Source: Eukaryota sp. TZLM1-RC (lineage: Eukaryota; Protista; Metamonada: BaSk clade). Taken from it: a DNA stretch of 64,000 bases. Positions 31,767-43,156 of this stretch are shown here, piece after piece (the stretch's first letter is position 1; each line of letters starts with the position of its first letter). Location of the stretch: NCBI GenBank assembly GCA_040285825.1, contig JAUPSS010000005.1:62001-126000 (forward strand). Direction: 5' to 3'. The notes below the pieces were generated by a model. That model did not search any database. It had not been told where the DNA came from and saw nothing but the letters and a program-made list of their open reading frames with translations. The position numbers and the translations under genes were made by a program.

Positions 31767-34619
31767 TTAAACCAAATAATGGTCAGTAAGTTCGGAATTT
31801 TGATTTAAAATCAAAGGAAGGTATTTGGCAATCAAACCCTCAATTGAGTAATTACTTTCCTGAATCAAGGCTTCTCTGAGTATGGTAAAAGCATCTTCAT
31901 ATAGTAATTGAGCCCAACTTTGATTCACAAAATCAAACAAGTCAGTGATTAAATTTTGCTTGAATCGTTCAATTAGATGGTTCAATGTATTAGAATCAAC
32001 AGCTAACAATTTGGAAAATTCAAGCAACTTACTTGCACAAAGATTATCACTTCTTAAAGCAATTCCTGTTAGAATGGAATTTTCAAATCCAAAGCACGAA
32101 AAAGAATCATTATTTGCACTTTCAGCAAAAAAGGGTTCTGGTTCGATGTCATTTTGATTGAATTTTTGATTGTTGAACAAGGAAGAGACCAAAAATGATT
32201 TAGAAGAAAAAGAATTATCCAATATTCTTACAATAAAGGTACTTTTAAAAGGCTCATTAGGCAAGTGCAAAGGGGACAGAACACAATTTAGCAAGGGCAA
32301 TTCCTTAACCATTGACAAAGAGACCTGGGGTTGAGTGCAAGAAAGGTTATACATTGAAGGAATTAGGTCTGCAATATATCTTCCAATTGAAACTAAACAT
32401 ATTTGGTTTAGGTCAAGCAGTTGACCTAAATTAAGGTGTGATCTTCTTGATAAATTAGTTAAAGGACCAATACTGAAAATAAAACGATCGTTAGTCAAAA
32501 GATGTTGATCAACAAGTAACGTATCATTTGAAACATCGGAAATTAAATCTAAATTACTTGCCAAATAGTTATTGATGTCAAAACTAGGAAGAAAAAGGGA
32601 GAAAAAGTAGCAAAAATCAAAATTTAATTGATTGGATTCGGAGGTTCCCAAATATTCAACGGAATTTTCAGTTAAATCAACCACTTTATCAGCATAAATG
32701 ACTTCAATTCCAGTGAAAGTGGATAATAAAGAAACCAAATAATTAAAAGATTTAATTAGAATTGAATCATTTGTTTTGTGGGAATTACCGGTAGCAATTA
32801 GTAATTTTAAATCGAGTAATGAATCATTTTGATTGATTAGGTCAATAATACCAAATATTGATCCAATCGCCGCCAATTGGTGACTGCATTCTGGAAAATC
32901 TTGATTGAGGGAATAAACGTCATCAACAATAATCAAAAAGGAAAGATTTTGACCGCCAATCAAACCTTGATTAATTACACTCAAAGAATTATCAAGACTG
33001 GTTGCCGAAACTGGAGAGAAAACTCTGGAATTACTATCCTCACTGGTTAAAAGGACTGGAGAAACAATCAAAAAATCATAATTAATGACCTTTTCAACTG
33101 AATTATGACCCACTATCGTGATCTTTTTGGACTCTTTAATTATATCCTGAACAAACCCTTTTTCAATTGAAAATATATCAAATCCATAATTCTTAAATAA
33201 CGAATCAACATTAAAATCTGCATTGACAGGCCAATATTTAGAACTAGTCGATAAATGTTCATCTGGATCAATGATAGTAATTTTGTATTGGAAATTCTTA
33301 TTAATAATCAAATTTTTTACCACTTCCAAAGACCAACTCGAAAGCCCAATAATAACAATATGGAAAGGTACCTTTGTCAGGGGTCTGACAAGCTGAAATT
33401 TTGAAAAAAACTTGCAAGGTGCCGATGGCAGTTGAATTGATTGTTGACTGGTTGCTGAAATTTTGGCAACTTCACACGTCATCAAAGGCAAATTTGAAGT
33501 TTGAGAAACCAAAAGACTTGATTGAGTGAGGGTCATAATTGCCAAGAAAATGTGAGAAAATGACGTCATCAGAGTCGGAATATTGACCTGCTCTATAGAT
33601 ACAGCAGAAATTTGACCAAATATAGATAAAACATTTAAATTGTCCAATGAATTATTCAAGCCAAAGAGATTACCAAAATGATATAACTTGCCATAATCAG
33701 TCACTTGATTACAGGAAAGTCGTTGAAATTTGATTGAAATCAACCCCTCAGAATCATGGATCACGTGATCATCACTCAAAATAAAAGACTGGTCAACAAC
33801 GGTCAAACGGTCAATAAAATAAAGAGAATTACTACTTTTCCAACAAAATTCAGCAACTGGATGATCAAAAATCGTTAAATTTGATTGGCAATTTGATTGA
33901 TTACTAACATTCTCAATGACTGCAACATCAATCTTTAATTCCTTCATAAAATCGGCAACTAAACGTCTAACTTCTGTAAAAATTTCATAAGTTTTGATTG
34001 AAAACAGGCAAAGCTTTCCAATCCTCGTCTCCCTACCGTAAACGTCCCTCCAATTGACAGTTGAATGATCTTCTCTACTTAGAGTCAAAGCTTCGTTTAC
34101 CACGAATCCTGAAATAATTCCTTGATACTCTCCATTCAATTCAACTACCTTGCAGTAGTAATCACTCTCTTCTTCACCCTTGACAAGAAAATCTACCAAA
34201 TCATCAGTGGAAGGGAGAAGATTGGGAGGAAATGAGTCACAAAGATCATCAAATTCTTCGAGGTAAACATTGCGTAAGGCAAGGTTGTTGTTGAAGAGGC
34301 AAACATCCCGTTGGACAGTGCCAATAGGGGATGATATCGAAGTGACGAAGGGTAAGGTAGAGAAGGCTTGCTGGAGCATGAAAATCAAAGAGTCTTGGGT
34401 TTCCCAGGCATAATGTGTAATGGAAAGAGTGTTCAATGAGGAGGAATCAAGAAATATAACTGCTGAGATGTTAGAGTAATCACCAATGGTGACAAGAGAG
34501 AGGACAGAGGTAGAAACTAAGAGGAATGCATCATTTTCAGTGAGTGGTGTAGCATTGAGAGAGTTGTAGAATAGCACCGCATCAGGTATAAGATCAGAGG
34601 TGAGACGCTGAACTACCAT
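31767..34619 (-). CDS. Cilia/flagella-associated protein 61-like
   Basis: 950 aa with a degenerate FAD/NAD-binding-like fold (HIVIIGLS, INYDFLIV, VD..LLTND.FIFSIG) and C-terminal LIERF...LITDLFDFVNQSWAQLLYED.F. Confidence 0.65.
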   Translation of the reverse strand: MVVQRLTSDLIPDAVLFYNSLNATPLTENDAFLLVSTSVLSLVTIGDYSNISAVIFLDSSSLNTLSITHYAWETQDSLIFMLQQAFSTLPFVTSISSPIGTVQRDVCLFNNNLALRNVYLEEFDDLCDSFPPNLLPSTDDLVDFLVKGEEESDYYCKVVELNGEYQGIISGFVVNEALTLSREDHSTVNWRDVYGRETRIGKLCLFSIKTYEIFTEVRRLVADFMKELKIDVAVIENVSNQSNCQSNLTIFDHPVAEFCWKSSNSLYFIDRLTVVDQSFILSDDHVIHDSEGLISIKFQRLSCNQVTDYGKLYHFGNLFGLNNSLDNLNVLSIFGQISAVSIEQVNIPTLMTSFSHIFLAIMTLTQSSLLVSQTSNLPLMTCEVAKISATSQQSIQLPSAPCKFFSKFQLVRPLTKVPFHIVIIGLSSWSLEVVKNLIINKNFQYKITIIDPDEHLSTSSKYWPVNADFNVDSLFKNYGFDIFSIEKGFVQDIIKESKKITIVGHNSVEKVINYDFLIVSPVLLTSEDSNSRVFSPVSATSLDNSLSVINQGLIGGQNLSFLIIVDDVYSLNQDFPECSHQLAAIGSIFGIIDLINQNDSLLDLKLLIATGNSHKTNDSILIKSFNYLVSLLSTFTGIEVIYADKVVDLTENSVEYLGTSESNQLNFDFCYFFSLFLPSFDINNYLASNLDLISDVSNDTLLVDQHLLTNDRFIFSIGPLTNLSRRSHLNLGQLLDLNQICLVSIGRYIADLIPSMYNLSCTQPQVSLSMVKELPLLNCVLSPLHLPNEPFKSTFIVRILDNSFSSKSFLVSSLFNNQKFNQNDIEPEPFFAESANNDSFSCFGFENSILTGIALRSDNLCASKLLEFSKLLAVDSNTLNHLIERFKQNLITDLFDFVNQSWAQLLYEDAFTILREALIQESNYSIEGLIAKYLPLILNQNSELTDHYLV

Positions 34620-34656
34620 AAACTTTGAGTTGAAGCAAATTGATAGGAATTACTCA

Positions 34657-36288
34657 ATGTCAATCTCTCGCAGCAAGGTGTTCCTTTATGGCACGTATGT
34701 CCTCATTCGATTGGTGTTGTCATACTATGTTCTTTTTGATGATTGTGACGAGACTATGAACTACTTTGAACCATTACATTACTTACTATATGGTAAGGGT
34801 CTTCAAACCTGGGAATACGCTCCTTCTTTTTCCCTACGATCTTATTTTTACCTCATGGTCTTTGGACTTCCTGCGTTCATCGCTAAATTACCTATTTTTT
34901 CATTTATACCCAAACCAGTCATTCTCCATCTAATTCGTTCTTGGCTCGTCATACTTTTTAGTGCCTCAGAACTTACCCTCTTTCATGCCCTCTCTTCTTA
35001 CTCCTCTCACTTCACTTCATTCCTCTCGATTGTTTCGCTATTCTCTTCCCCTTTGATAAAAGCATCTGTCGCCTTCCTTCCTTCTTCTTCTGCTCTTTTC
35101 TTTTACAACTTATCCTCTGCATTTACCCTGAGTGATCATCATTGGTTATCATTAGTATGTGTTTGCTGCTCGGTTCTTTGGACTTGGCCTTTCTCAGGCT
35201 TGGTGTTTTTAATTAATTTTGTTTTCAATTATTTTAAGCTTTTAAAATCCGAATCTCTTAAACGTGTTATTATTAAATCTTTTTTAATCTTTTCTTTCAG
35301 TTTACTTCCTCAATTTTTGTTAGATTCTTATTTTTATGGTAAGCCAGTTATTCCTTCTTTAAATATTGTATTATACAATGTTTTCTCAGATACCTCAAAG
35401 GGACCTCACTTATATGGGGTAGAACCTTGGTATTATTACTTTTTAAACCTTTTTGTTAATTTAGGCCCTGTTTTAATTCTTTGTTTTTTAGGTGTTTGTT
35501 TTTTAATTTATCATTCAACTTTGATGTTGAAAGAATCCTATTTCCCCTACTACTTTTTCCCTTCAATTTTATTATCTTTTTCTTCTATTATTTGGACCAT
35601 ATTTATGTCATTCCAACCACACAAGGAAGAACGATTCATTTCTCCTGCTTTGAATGGAATTCTAGTTTTAATTACCTATCCAATTGCTTGCGTCTATGAT
35701 GAAATCAATGCAGTTAAGCCGAGCAGCTTCTTCTTCAGGTTTAGAAAGTTTTTAATGAGATTTTGTCTCTTTATTTTGTTAATCCCTATTTTCTATGGAG
35801 TGTTCCGAATTGCTGGTCTCTATGCCAATTACGGTGCTCCACGTTTTGTTTTTGATGACTTCTATTACTCAAATTATAAACACAACCATGAACACAACCA
35901 AACTATTTGTCTGGGAAAAGAATGGTACCGCTTTCAAACACACTTTTATGTTCCAAATAATTTCAAGTTGGAATTCATTAAATCTGGTTTTGAAGGACAT
36001 TTGCCAAAGTTATTTTTGGAGGATAATAAATTGACGACTAATATCGATCGAAAAGGTTTTAATGATCTTAATATTGGGGATTTTTCTGTTTTTGTCGATG
36101 TTTATGACTGTGATTACGTGATTGATTTAGAATTGATTGGCCAGAATGAAGAATATTTATCAAATTTAAATGAATTTACCGTTTTAAATTCTTTCAAATT
36201 CTTAGATTCCAACAGCTCTCCTTGGTATTGTAGAATTATTTACACTTTTTTCAGAAAAAATGCGTATTTGGAAATTATTTATTGCTGA
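34657..36288 (+). CDS. ALG9: Dol-P-Man alpha-1,2-mannosyltransferase (GT22)
   Basis: DCDETMNYFEPLHYL..G.GLQTWEY.P...LRSY; QPHKEERF; CLGKEWYRF. First ATG at 34657. Confidence 0.93.
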   Translation: MSISRSKVFLYGTYVLIRLVLSYYVLFDDCDETMNYFEPLHYLLYGKGLQTWEYAPSFSLRSYFYLMVFGLPAFIAKLPIFSFIPKPVILHLIRSWLVILFSASELTLFHALSSYSSHFTSFLSIVSLFSSPLIKASVAFLPSSSALFFYNLSSAFTLSDHHWLSLVCVCCSVLWTWPFSGLVFLINFVFNYFKLLKSESLKRVIIKSFLIFSFSLLPQFLLDSYFYGKPVIPSLNIVLYNVFSDTSKGPHLYGVEPWYYYFLNLFVNLGPVLILCFLGVCFLIYHSTLMLKESYFPYYFFPSILLSFSSIIWTIFMSFQPHKEERFISPALNGILVLITYPIACVYDEINAVKPSSFFFRFRKFLMRFCLFILLIPIFYGVFRIAGLYANYGAPRFVFDDFYYSNYKHNHEHNQTICLGKEWYRFQTHFYVPNNFKLEFIKSGFEGHLPKLFLEDNKLTTNIDRKGFNDLNIGDFSVFVDVYDCDYVIDLELIGQNEEYLSNLNEFTVLNSFKFLDSNSSPWYCRIIYTFFRKNAYLEIIYC

Positions 36289-36359
36289 AAAGAAATAAAT
36301 AATTATTAAAAAGATAAATGATTAAACAAAAAACAACTAATTTATTTATTTTCTAAGAA

Positions 36360-36655
36360 GAATCAAATCAAATCAAAACAAACTAAAACACTTAAGAAAC
36401 AAAATTCTCCACGCCAACTCTTGATGAATCCTTATAAAGTTTGGACATCATTAAACTCAAGTACTTGAGAACACTTCATTACAAAGCAAAAAAGACACGA
36501 TTCTTCCATAAATTCATTGAAAATTTTTCCACATGAACGACACAAATTATCAAAATCATTGAGAAAAACCAAGGCAGATTGACCAATGTTGCCAAAAATC
36601 GAGGAGGCAAAAGGAATAAACGAAAACTTCAAGTAAAGGTTCTTATTTGAATCAT
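36360..36655 (-). mobile_element. 3' fragment of an RLE-type non-LTR element
   Basis: FSFIPFASSIFGNIGQSALVFLNDF matches the C-termini of other copies. Confidence 0.7.
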
Positions 36656-36687
36656 TTAATATAATCACTAATTAATGAATTAAAATT

Positions 36688-37290
36688 CTACCAATCACTT
36701 GGACTTGAATCATCAGGAATCTCGTCCTCACCATCAATTTCTTCTTCACTACTCGAACACGAGCTTGCACCACCAAGAGAAAACACATTACTTGGTAGAT
36801 CAAGTGAAATGGCAAAGTCGGGGTGGGTAGGAACCTGTGGAGAACAAGGGGTAACTATTTCTGGACTTGAAGGAGGTTCGGGTTCAGGGATCTTTTTGAT
36901 TGGATGGAGATCAATCTCAGTAGATACTTTATCATCGTTATCTTGTTCTTGTTGGTGTTCATGTTGGGGAGATGCGGGTGGTGAGACGACAGGTCTTTTG
37001 AATGCACTTTTCCCTTCAATATACGCCTTGACCTTGAGGTTGTGGGATTTAAGAATACGACCAAGTTGGTAACGGGCAAATTTGTAGCCTTTCTTTCGAA
37101 GATATTGCTCCATTGTCGTTTGGTTGTGCTTTTTCTCTATAAGTTCCTTAAGAAGTGAAACAGGAACATCAGTCGACTGCCCTTTGAACAACCTATTTCT
37201 CCTACGCCATTTGCCAGGAGGTCTATTCTTAGGAACTGGCCGATGGCCAATGTCAAAATTGGCCAAGTCAATGGGAGGATTGGAAGTCAT
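36688..37290 (-). CDS. Hypothetical basic protein with a possible HTH and an acidic/proline-rich tail
   Basis: 200-aa ORF. LLKELIEK......EQYLRKKGYK.ARYQLGRILK is HTH-like. Preceded by the conserved upstream element. Confidence 0.65.
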   Translation of the reverse strand: MTSNPPIDLANFDIGHRPVPKNRPPGKWRRRNRLFKGQSTDVPVSLLKELIEKKHNQTTMEQYLRKKGYKFARYQLGRILKSHNLKVKAYIEGKSAFKRPVVSPPASPQHEHQQEQDNDDKVSTEIDLHPIKKIPEPEPPSSPEIVTPCSPQVPTHPDFAISLDLPSNVFSLGGASSCSSSEEEIDGEDEIPDDSSPSDW

Positions 37291-37295
37291 TCTTG

Positions 37296-37540
37296 CAGAT
37301 ACTGTCTATAACAATGGAATAAGTGTCTAATGTAGAGGGACAAGACTGAGGGATTTGGTCTGTGGACTCTGATTACATCTACTCCAATTCGATTAAAATT
37401 GCCCACCTCTAATGAGCAATCAATATCCTGTGGAATACTGCTTTCGCCAGACTCATCTTTTAATAATCTAATTGTTTTTTCAGTCATTTGATTAATTATA
37501 CTGTTGTTTAAATCCATCCCATGCTGTTGGTCTTCACATG
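37296..37540 (-). repeat. Upstream cassette shared with 51374-51602, including conserved element copy C (37296-37341)
   Basis: 37413-37538 aligns closely with 51479-51601; the terminal motif ends 5 nt before ATG. Confidence 0.75.
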
Positions 37541-37669
37541 GTTGAATGGATGAATTACCATGCCAGAAGAGGTACTTATTGATATAAAGTCTCATTATGA
37601 ATATCATCCCTTATTCTTTTAGATTTGGACCTTTTCAGTTCAAAACTTTTCTTTATACATATTTGTTTC

Positions 37670-38520
37670 AAACAAAATTGTAAAAAACTAAAAATCAATC
37701 TCCTCAAACTCCACATCTACTATGGAAAACTTACGTACAGCATTTTCCTCATAAAATTTTTCTAGTGATAACAACGAGCTAGACACGAGGCTATACATTC
37801 CCTTAAAAATAGAAAATACAATTCTGTTTTGCCAAAAGGTTCGGTCAAATATTCTTCCAGTTCTGTTTTTGACAATAGAAGAGAATTCGTCCTCAAAACT
37901 TCGTACTTGATTGCACTTGAAAGGAACAAGTCTGTATGAAAGGTTTTTTGAATGAGTCATTCCTGTTTGTAAATTATGCAGAAAAACAGAGTAGATTTAA
38001 CTAAATCAGCAGCAAGGGTCATTTTTGGATATTGGGAAAATTTTATGCCAGTGTCTTCAATGTATTTTTCTTTTTCTTTGAATATTTTTGCAGTTACCTT
38101 GTGTTGTGTCAAGGATGTACTTTGAATTTTCTGAACAAAGTTTGGTGTTTGTTTCGTATCTATTTTCCAAATAGTGTTTCATGCAGAAACAAATGAGCAG
38201 TTTTGTCCTTACATTGATCAGCCAACTTTTGACCAAGAACGTCTTTATCTTAGGCAAAGAACAAGTCCAACACAGATCTGCCTTACACAAAGTTGGTTTC
38301 AAACACATAAAAGGAACTTCTGCTTCCAATTCAATAATTGGAACCGAAAATGTATTTGTTTGGGTAAATAGGGGTTTGAGAACTTCAAATTTATTCAAAG
38401 ACCTCAATTCTTCACAGAAGAGTTCCAATTTGGTCGTGGATATTTTTCATAACGTTATGTGTTTTAAGTCATAAATTTAATACTTTTGAGATGATTTAAG
38501 CATAAATTTCGAGTGCAAGG
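37670..38520 (-). mobile_element. Internally deleted RLE-type non-LTR element remnant
   Basis: YRLVPF...GRIFDRTFWQNRIVFSIFK C-terminus, with upstream post-RT-like sequence. Confidence 0.7.
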
Positions 38521-38949
38521 GGCCTGTAGCCTTATATGATGTGAATACTCAATAATAGCATCCTTGTTTCATTCTGATGACTTGAATCAGTAAATATAAT
38601 TATATCAATAGAAAAATAGAAAGAGAATTTGACATAGACTGATTAGTTAGCTCGAATCGACTGACATTCGAGTCGATTCTGTGCCTAATAGTCTAATTTT
38701 GGGACCCAGTTCCTTTAAAGAAAACCAATAACCAGTGTTGAGAGAAATTTCAATTATTGATAATTTGTATTTATTAACAGTTGACGTGTAGTTGAGTTCC
38801 TACTTGTCTTGTGAAAACATTAAGGTGATAACTACAGCTACGTGCTTTGGATCAAAGAAGGAATCAGATTGATGAAAAGTTTAATAAGATAAATGAAATG
38901 AAGTTAGTAAAGGCATTTAATACAAAAATTTATTTGTTTTTAAAACTGG

Positions 38950-39250
38950 AATAATTATTGAGATAAAAAAACCCATCTAGAATTCAATATCCTCCAAACA
39001 AGCGTCCCTATTACTGAACCTACTCACAGCATTACGTTCATATTCTACACCGATAGCTAAAAGTGCCTTTGAAATCATTGTTGGAATAGACTTGAAAATG
39101 CAAAAAACAATTCTATTTAACCAGGAAGTGGAGATCATTGTTTTACCAGACCTATTCAGTAACACTTTTTTAAAATTTTCAAAATAGTGCAACCCTGAAG
39201 GTCCAATATTGCCAAAAAGAGAAATTGCAAACGGCACAAACTGACACAAA
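38950..39250 (-). mobile_element. 3' fragment of an RLE-type non-LTR element (family B)
   Basis: QFVPFAISLFGNIGPSG...WLNRIVFCIFK...LEDIEF matches the 61.0-61.3 kb element end. Confidence 0.8.
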
Positions 39251-39364
39251 ATACAAAAATTAAGAAATTAATTTTACAAAAAGATAATAACTAAAATTAC
39301 AGAAATAAAAACCATTTAAAACACTTGGACAGCCAAAAAAACCATTTAAAACCATTTAAAATCA

Positions 39365-41110
39365 CTATTTAATAAAAGAATCTGTGGAAAACGGGTGTAA
39401 GGTAGTCAGATCAGCAGAAATGCTTTGACTTCTACGGACGTCTTGATTTTGAGCTGATTTTGATCCACTTGAGAATCTACCGGAACTTCTAGAACTTTCT
39501 GATAGGCTTTGCAAATAGCTTCGTTGCTTACTAATTGCAGCAGAATCCTGATTCATTTGACTTAAAGCTTCCTTTTTTAATTGCTCAAGCTTGGAAACAT
39601 TTAGACCAAATGACTTCTTTTTAAAAGAACTCTGTCCAAAATGAGCTTCATCGGATCGTGGTCGTCGAGTTTCTGAGTTGATCACATCATAGTCTTCCAT
39701 AGTCTTGGTTAATTTTGACCGTTGCTGTTCCAAAACATCCATTTCAGACTTCAATTCTCTTCTTAACTGATTTATTTTCTTTTCTTCTTCAATCAATTCA
39801 GCTCTCTTGTTTTCTAATTCACTTTCTTTATCTTCTTGCAACTTTCTGCTTTCCCGAAGTTCATTTACCAATTGCTCACAGTGACCGTAATCCCTTCCAA
39901 GTCTGTCCTGTTCTTCTTTGACTTCTTCTGACTTCTGTTTGACTTGTAGAGAAATTTCTGTCATCCTTTTGATATCTTCATCTAAAGTTTGTCTTTCATT
40001 CGCAATTTCAGCTCTAGTTTTGGCTAATTGTTCTCTTTCCGAGTTTATTGTGGACCTTAATGCATCAAGTTCCGCCCTTTCCTTAATCAAATTTGATTGA
40101 CTCTCAGAATAATCATTGATCAGTTGCCGATATTCATGTTCTCGTCTGTTTGAAACCTCAATTGCTTGTAACAATTCCTTTCTAGTTTTTTGCATTTCAG
40201 ATCTTTCTGATTGAAGAACATTGACTGAGTCACGTGAAGTCAACTCAATTCTGTCCAATCGCTCAAAAATCATACTTGATTGGTCTTCTGATAGCTTCCT
40301 ACACTCATTTAACTCTGCAATTAAGTTTTCACTCAATTTATTACTATTTTCAAGCAATAAATTCAATGAATTTCGTTCCCTTAATAAAGAATTTCGATCC
40401 AAAACCAATTCTCGTTGTTTTGAATCTAAGTCATTTTCCTTGATTGACAAAAGCCGTTGCTTTTCTGTAATTTGGGTGGACTGAGCTTCATCAACTTTAA
40501 AAGAGAAGGTCGCTTGAAGCCTTTGGATTTCCTTGACGGCCGAAGAAATGGTGGTGCAAAGAGAAGAGAGCTCCTCAACCAAGTTGGGGGGTAGAGAGGG
40601 GTTTGGTGTAGGGGGTCGAAGTTCTTCTATTCGTGGAATTTCCTTGGTCCTTTTATTACCAGAGATTTGTTTTGAATCAGAATGCCTGCGGCTTTCCCTA
40701 TCAGACTCTCCATCAAAAATTTCATTGGTCTTGGGATTTGCTTGTTTGGATGGCTTTGGTTGATGGACTTGAAGAGAGGGTTTGTGATCAGGAAGCTTCT
40801 TTTCTATAGGTTTGTCTAGAGAAAACGTAGATTTTGGGGTTGTGCGTTTAGACCCAAGGTCTGAGGAAATATGGTTGGGTTTATCAGCTGAAGATGTAGG
40901 TTCATTAAATAAAGAAAGAGATGGTGAAGAAGAAAGGGAGGCAACATCTTCCCCTTCAGACTCCGTATCGGCTCCAAGCCAATCAGAGGTGTTCTTCTTT
41001 GTGGATTCAGGAGAAAAATTAGGTTCAGGTGATGGTGTAGAATTAAGACGGCTGGCAAATAAAGAGGAGCCCCGGGAACGTCTGCTGCCAATCTCCTGAA
41101 AAAGGGACAT
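39365..41110 (-). CDS. Long coiled-coil protein with a disordered Ser/Pro-rich N-terminus (possibly FBF1-like)
   Basis: 581-aa intact ORF; family assignment is weak. Confidence 0.7.
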   Translation of the reverse strand: MSLFQEIGSRRSRGSSLFASRLNSTPSPEPNFSPESTKKNTSDWLGADTESEGEDVASLSSSPSLSLFNEPTSSADKPNHISSDLGSKRTTPKSTFSLDKPIEKKLPDHKPSLQVHQPKPSKQANPKTNEIFDGESDRESRRHSDSKQISGNKRTKEIPRIEELRPPTPNPSLPPNLVEELSSLCTTISSAVKEIQRLQATFSFKVDEAQSTQITEKQRLLSIKENDLDSKQRELVLDRNSLLRERNSLNLLLENSNKLSENLIAELNECRKLSEDQSSMIFERLDRIELTSRDSVNVLQSERSEMQKTRKELLQAIEVSNRREHEYRQLINDYSESQSNLIKERAELDALRSTINSEREQLAKTRAEIANERQTLDEDIKRMTEISLQVKQKSEEVKEEQDRLGRDYGHCEQLVNELRESRKLQEDKESELENKRAELIEEEKKINQLRRELKSEMDVLEQQRSKLTKTMEDYDVINSETRRPRSDEAHFGQSSFKKKSFGLNVSKLEQLKKEALSQMNQDSAAISKQRSYLQSLSESSRSSGRFSSGSKSAQNQDVRRSQSISADLTTLHPFSTDSFIK

Positions 41111-41445
41111 TGTGTTGTTACCAAATTAGGGGTATTGTCTTGAGAGCAAATTTATATTTGGTATCCAGCATTGCGATTTTGGCGCCACATTTGGCATGTG
41201 CTTGCATTGTTTCTACAGAGATCTTCTAGACTGAATGATTGCTCGTTACTCCTTTCATTTCTTCTGAACCATTTATTTCAATCATTTCCCCATTTTGTTT
41301 TCACTATTTTGTTCCTTCAATTTTAACTATAGTTTTGTGCTGTTTGAAATCGCTTGTTGCCGGGAATTTTTTTGATAATTCATTGAAAAAAACTGTAATA
41401 AAATTAGGCAGAATAGTCAAAAATTTATAATAATCCTCTAAACAC

Positions 41446-43080
41446 TTAATAATCAAAGCTACCAGACCACCTGCCCCTATTTGGCTGTTGTCTTCCTCCC
41501 CCTCTTCTAAAGTCCTTACTTCCGTACCTAGAACCACCTCTTCTAGAACCACCAGACCTGAAAGATTGGCGAGACATTTCAATCAGCCAACTAGGGACAA
41601 TCTGCCCAGAGTCTTCCAAAATTTCCTTTAACTTTTGGAAAATTCCAGCATCACTTTCATTCAAAAAGGTAGTAGCAAGTCCTGTATTACCAGCTCTTCC
41701 AGTTCTACCAATTCTGTGCACGTAATCATCAATGTTGTTAATACCTCCATAATTGATGACGTGAACAACGTCTGAAATATCCAAACCTCTGGAAGCAACG
41801 TCTGTAGCAACCAAAACAGGAGTTTCACCTTTTCTAAAAAGAGCCAATGCTTCTTCGCGTTCTCTCTGGTCCCTATCGCCATGAATAGAAGTGGCAGGGT
41901 ACCCATTTTCATTTAAGAATATTTCTAGATGATCAGCATCTCTCTTAGTTTCTACAAAAACCAAAGTTCTGCCAGGTACATCAGCTAAGAGATTCATCAA
42001 CATGTGTTTCTTTTCTCTATCTGGAACAAGTTCGAGACGTTGAGTAATGTTATCAGTAGTTGATCCAACTCGGCCAATTGCCAAAAAGACATAAGAATCC
42101 AAAAAATCCTGAGCTAAGCGTTGAATTTGCTCAGGAAACGTGGCGGAAAACATCATAGTTAATCTATTAAACTTATCTGGCATCTTGTAACCATCCACGA
42201 TTTCCCTGATTTGAGGTTCGAATCCCATATCAAGCATCCTGTCAGCCTCATCCAAAACAAAGTATTGAACATTAGCAAGAGACACTCTGTAACGATGACA
42301 GTAATCAATAAGTCTACCAGGGGTGGCAACAAGAATATCACATCCAAACTTTAATTCTCGTAATTGAGGGCCTTGAGGAGCACCACCGTAAACAACTACA
42401 GACCGAAGACCAGTCTTAAAAGCAAACTTCTTGCACTCAACATGAATCTGACTTGCTAGCTCACGTGTGGGCGCCAACACGAGGACAGAAGGGGAGGCGG
42501 AAGATGAACTTGAGGGAGGAGGGGGAGGGGAGGAGAGGAGGTCAGCAATGCAAGGGATGAGAAAGGCGGCTGTTTTACCAGAACCTGTCTGGGCACAAGC
42601 CATCAAGTCTCTCTTTTCTAAAGCTACTGGAATTGAGTGCTTTTGCACAGGTGTTGGCTTGCGGAATCCAGCTCTTTCCACGTTCCATTTTAGCTGGTGT
42701 GGGAGGTCAATTTCGGTGAAGAGGGTTATTGGGGCAGGGGCTGGAGGATTGGCTGAGGTCTCAACGGGTATATCATCATAGCGGTCAAAGTTAATACCAG
42801 TGTTAACGCTGTCACCAAAGATTTCCTGTTCAGACTCATGGAATGTACGGAAACTTGTATGAGAGCGAGAACGGGGTAGATGACGACGGTGGTTATCTCT
42901 ATGATGACCACGATATTCGGGAGGGGGACTGGGTTCAACAAGAGCACTAAAACGGTCTTCGCTAGAAGATTTTGGTGTGGAAGTTCTGGGAGGAGCTGAC
43001 CGAGATGGTGCGGGTGGAGCGGTGGGTTGCTGTTGTTCAGCAGCCATTTGAGCACGTTTTGCGGGCGGAATATAACTCAT
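41446..43080 (-). CDS. DED1: DEAD-box RNA helicase DDX3/Ded1
   Basis: NTGINFDRYDDIPVE; AQTGSGKT; PTRELA; DEADRMLDMGFEPQIR; SAT; HRIGRTGRAG. Confidence 0.95.
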   Translation of the reverse strand: MSYIPPAKRAQMAAEQQQPTAPPAPSRSAPPRTSTPKSSSEDRFSALVEPSPPPEYRGHHRDNHRRHLPRSRSHTSFRTFHESEQEIFGDSVNTGINFDRYDDIPVETSANPPAPAPITLFTEIDLPHQLKWNVERAGFRKPTPVQKHSIPVALEKRDLMACAQTGSGKTAAFLIPCIADLLSSPPPPPSSSSSASPSVLVLAPTRELASQIHVECKKFAFKTGLRSVVVYGGAPQGPQLRELKFGCDILVATPGRLIDYCHRYRVSLANVQYFVLDEADRMLDMGFEPQIREIVDGYKMPDKFNRLTMMFSATFPEQIQRLAQDFLDSYVFLAIGRVGSTTDNITQRLELVPDREKKHMLMNLLADVPGRTLVFVETKRDADHLEIFLNENGYPATSIHGDRDQREREEALALFRKGETPVLVATDVASRGLDISDVVHVINYGGINNIDDYVHRIGRTGRAGNTGLATTFLNESDAGIFQKLKEILEDSGQIVPSWLIEMSRQSFRSGGSRRGGSRYGSKDFRRGGGRQQPNRGRWSGSFDY

Positions 43081-43085
43081 TCTTG

Positions 43086-43111
43086 CAGATATTGTTTATG
43101 ACAATGGAATG
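43086..43111 (-). promoter_or_regulatory. Partial conserved start-codon-proximal element, copy F
   Basis: Minus strand reads CATTCCATTGTCATAAACAATATCTG-CAAGA-ATG. Confidence 0.55.
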
Positions 43112-43156
43112 GGAAGATGATAAAGTAATCAATAATACAACATTTCAAGACCACTG

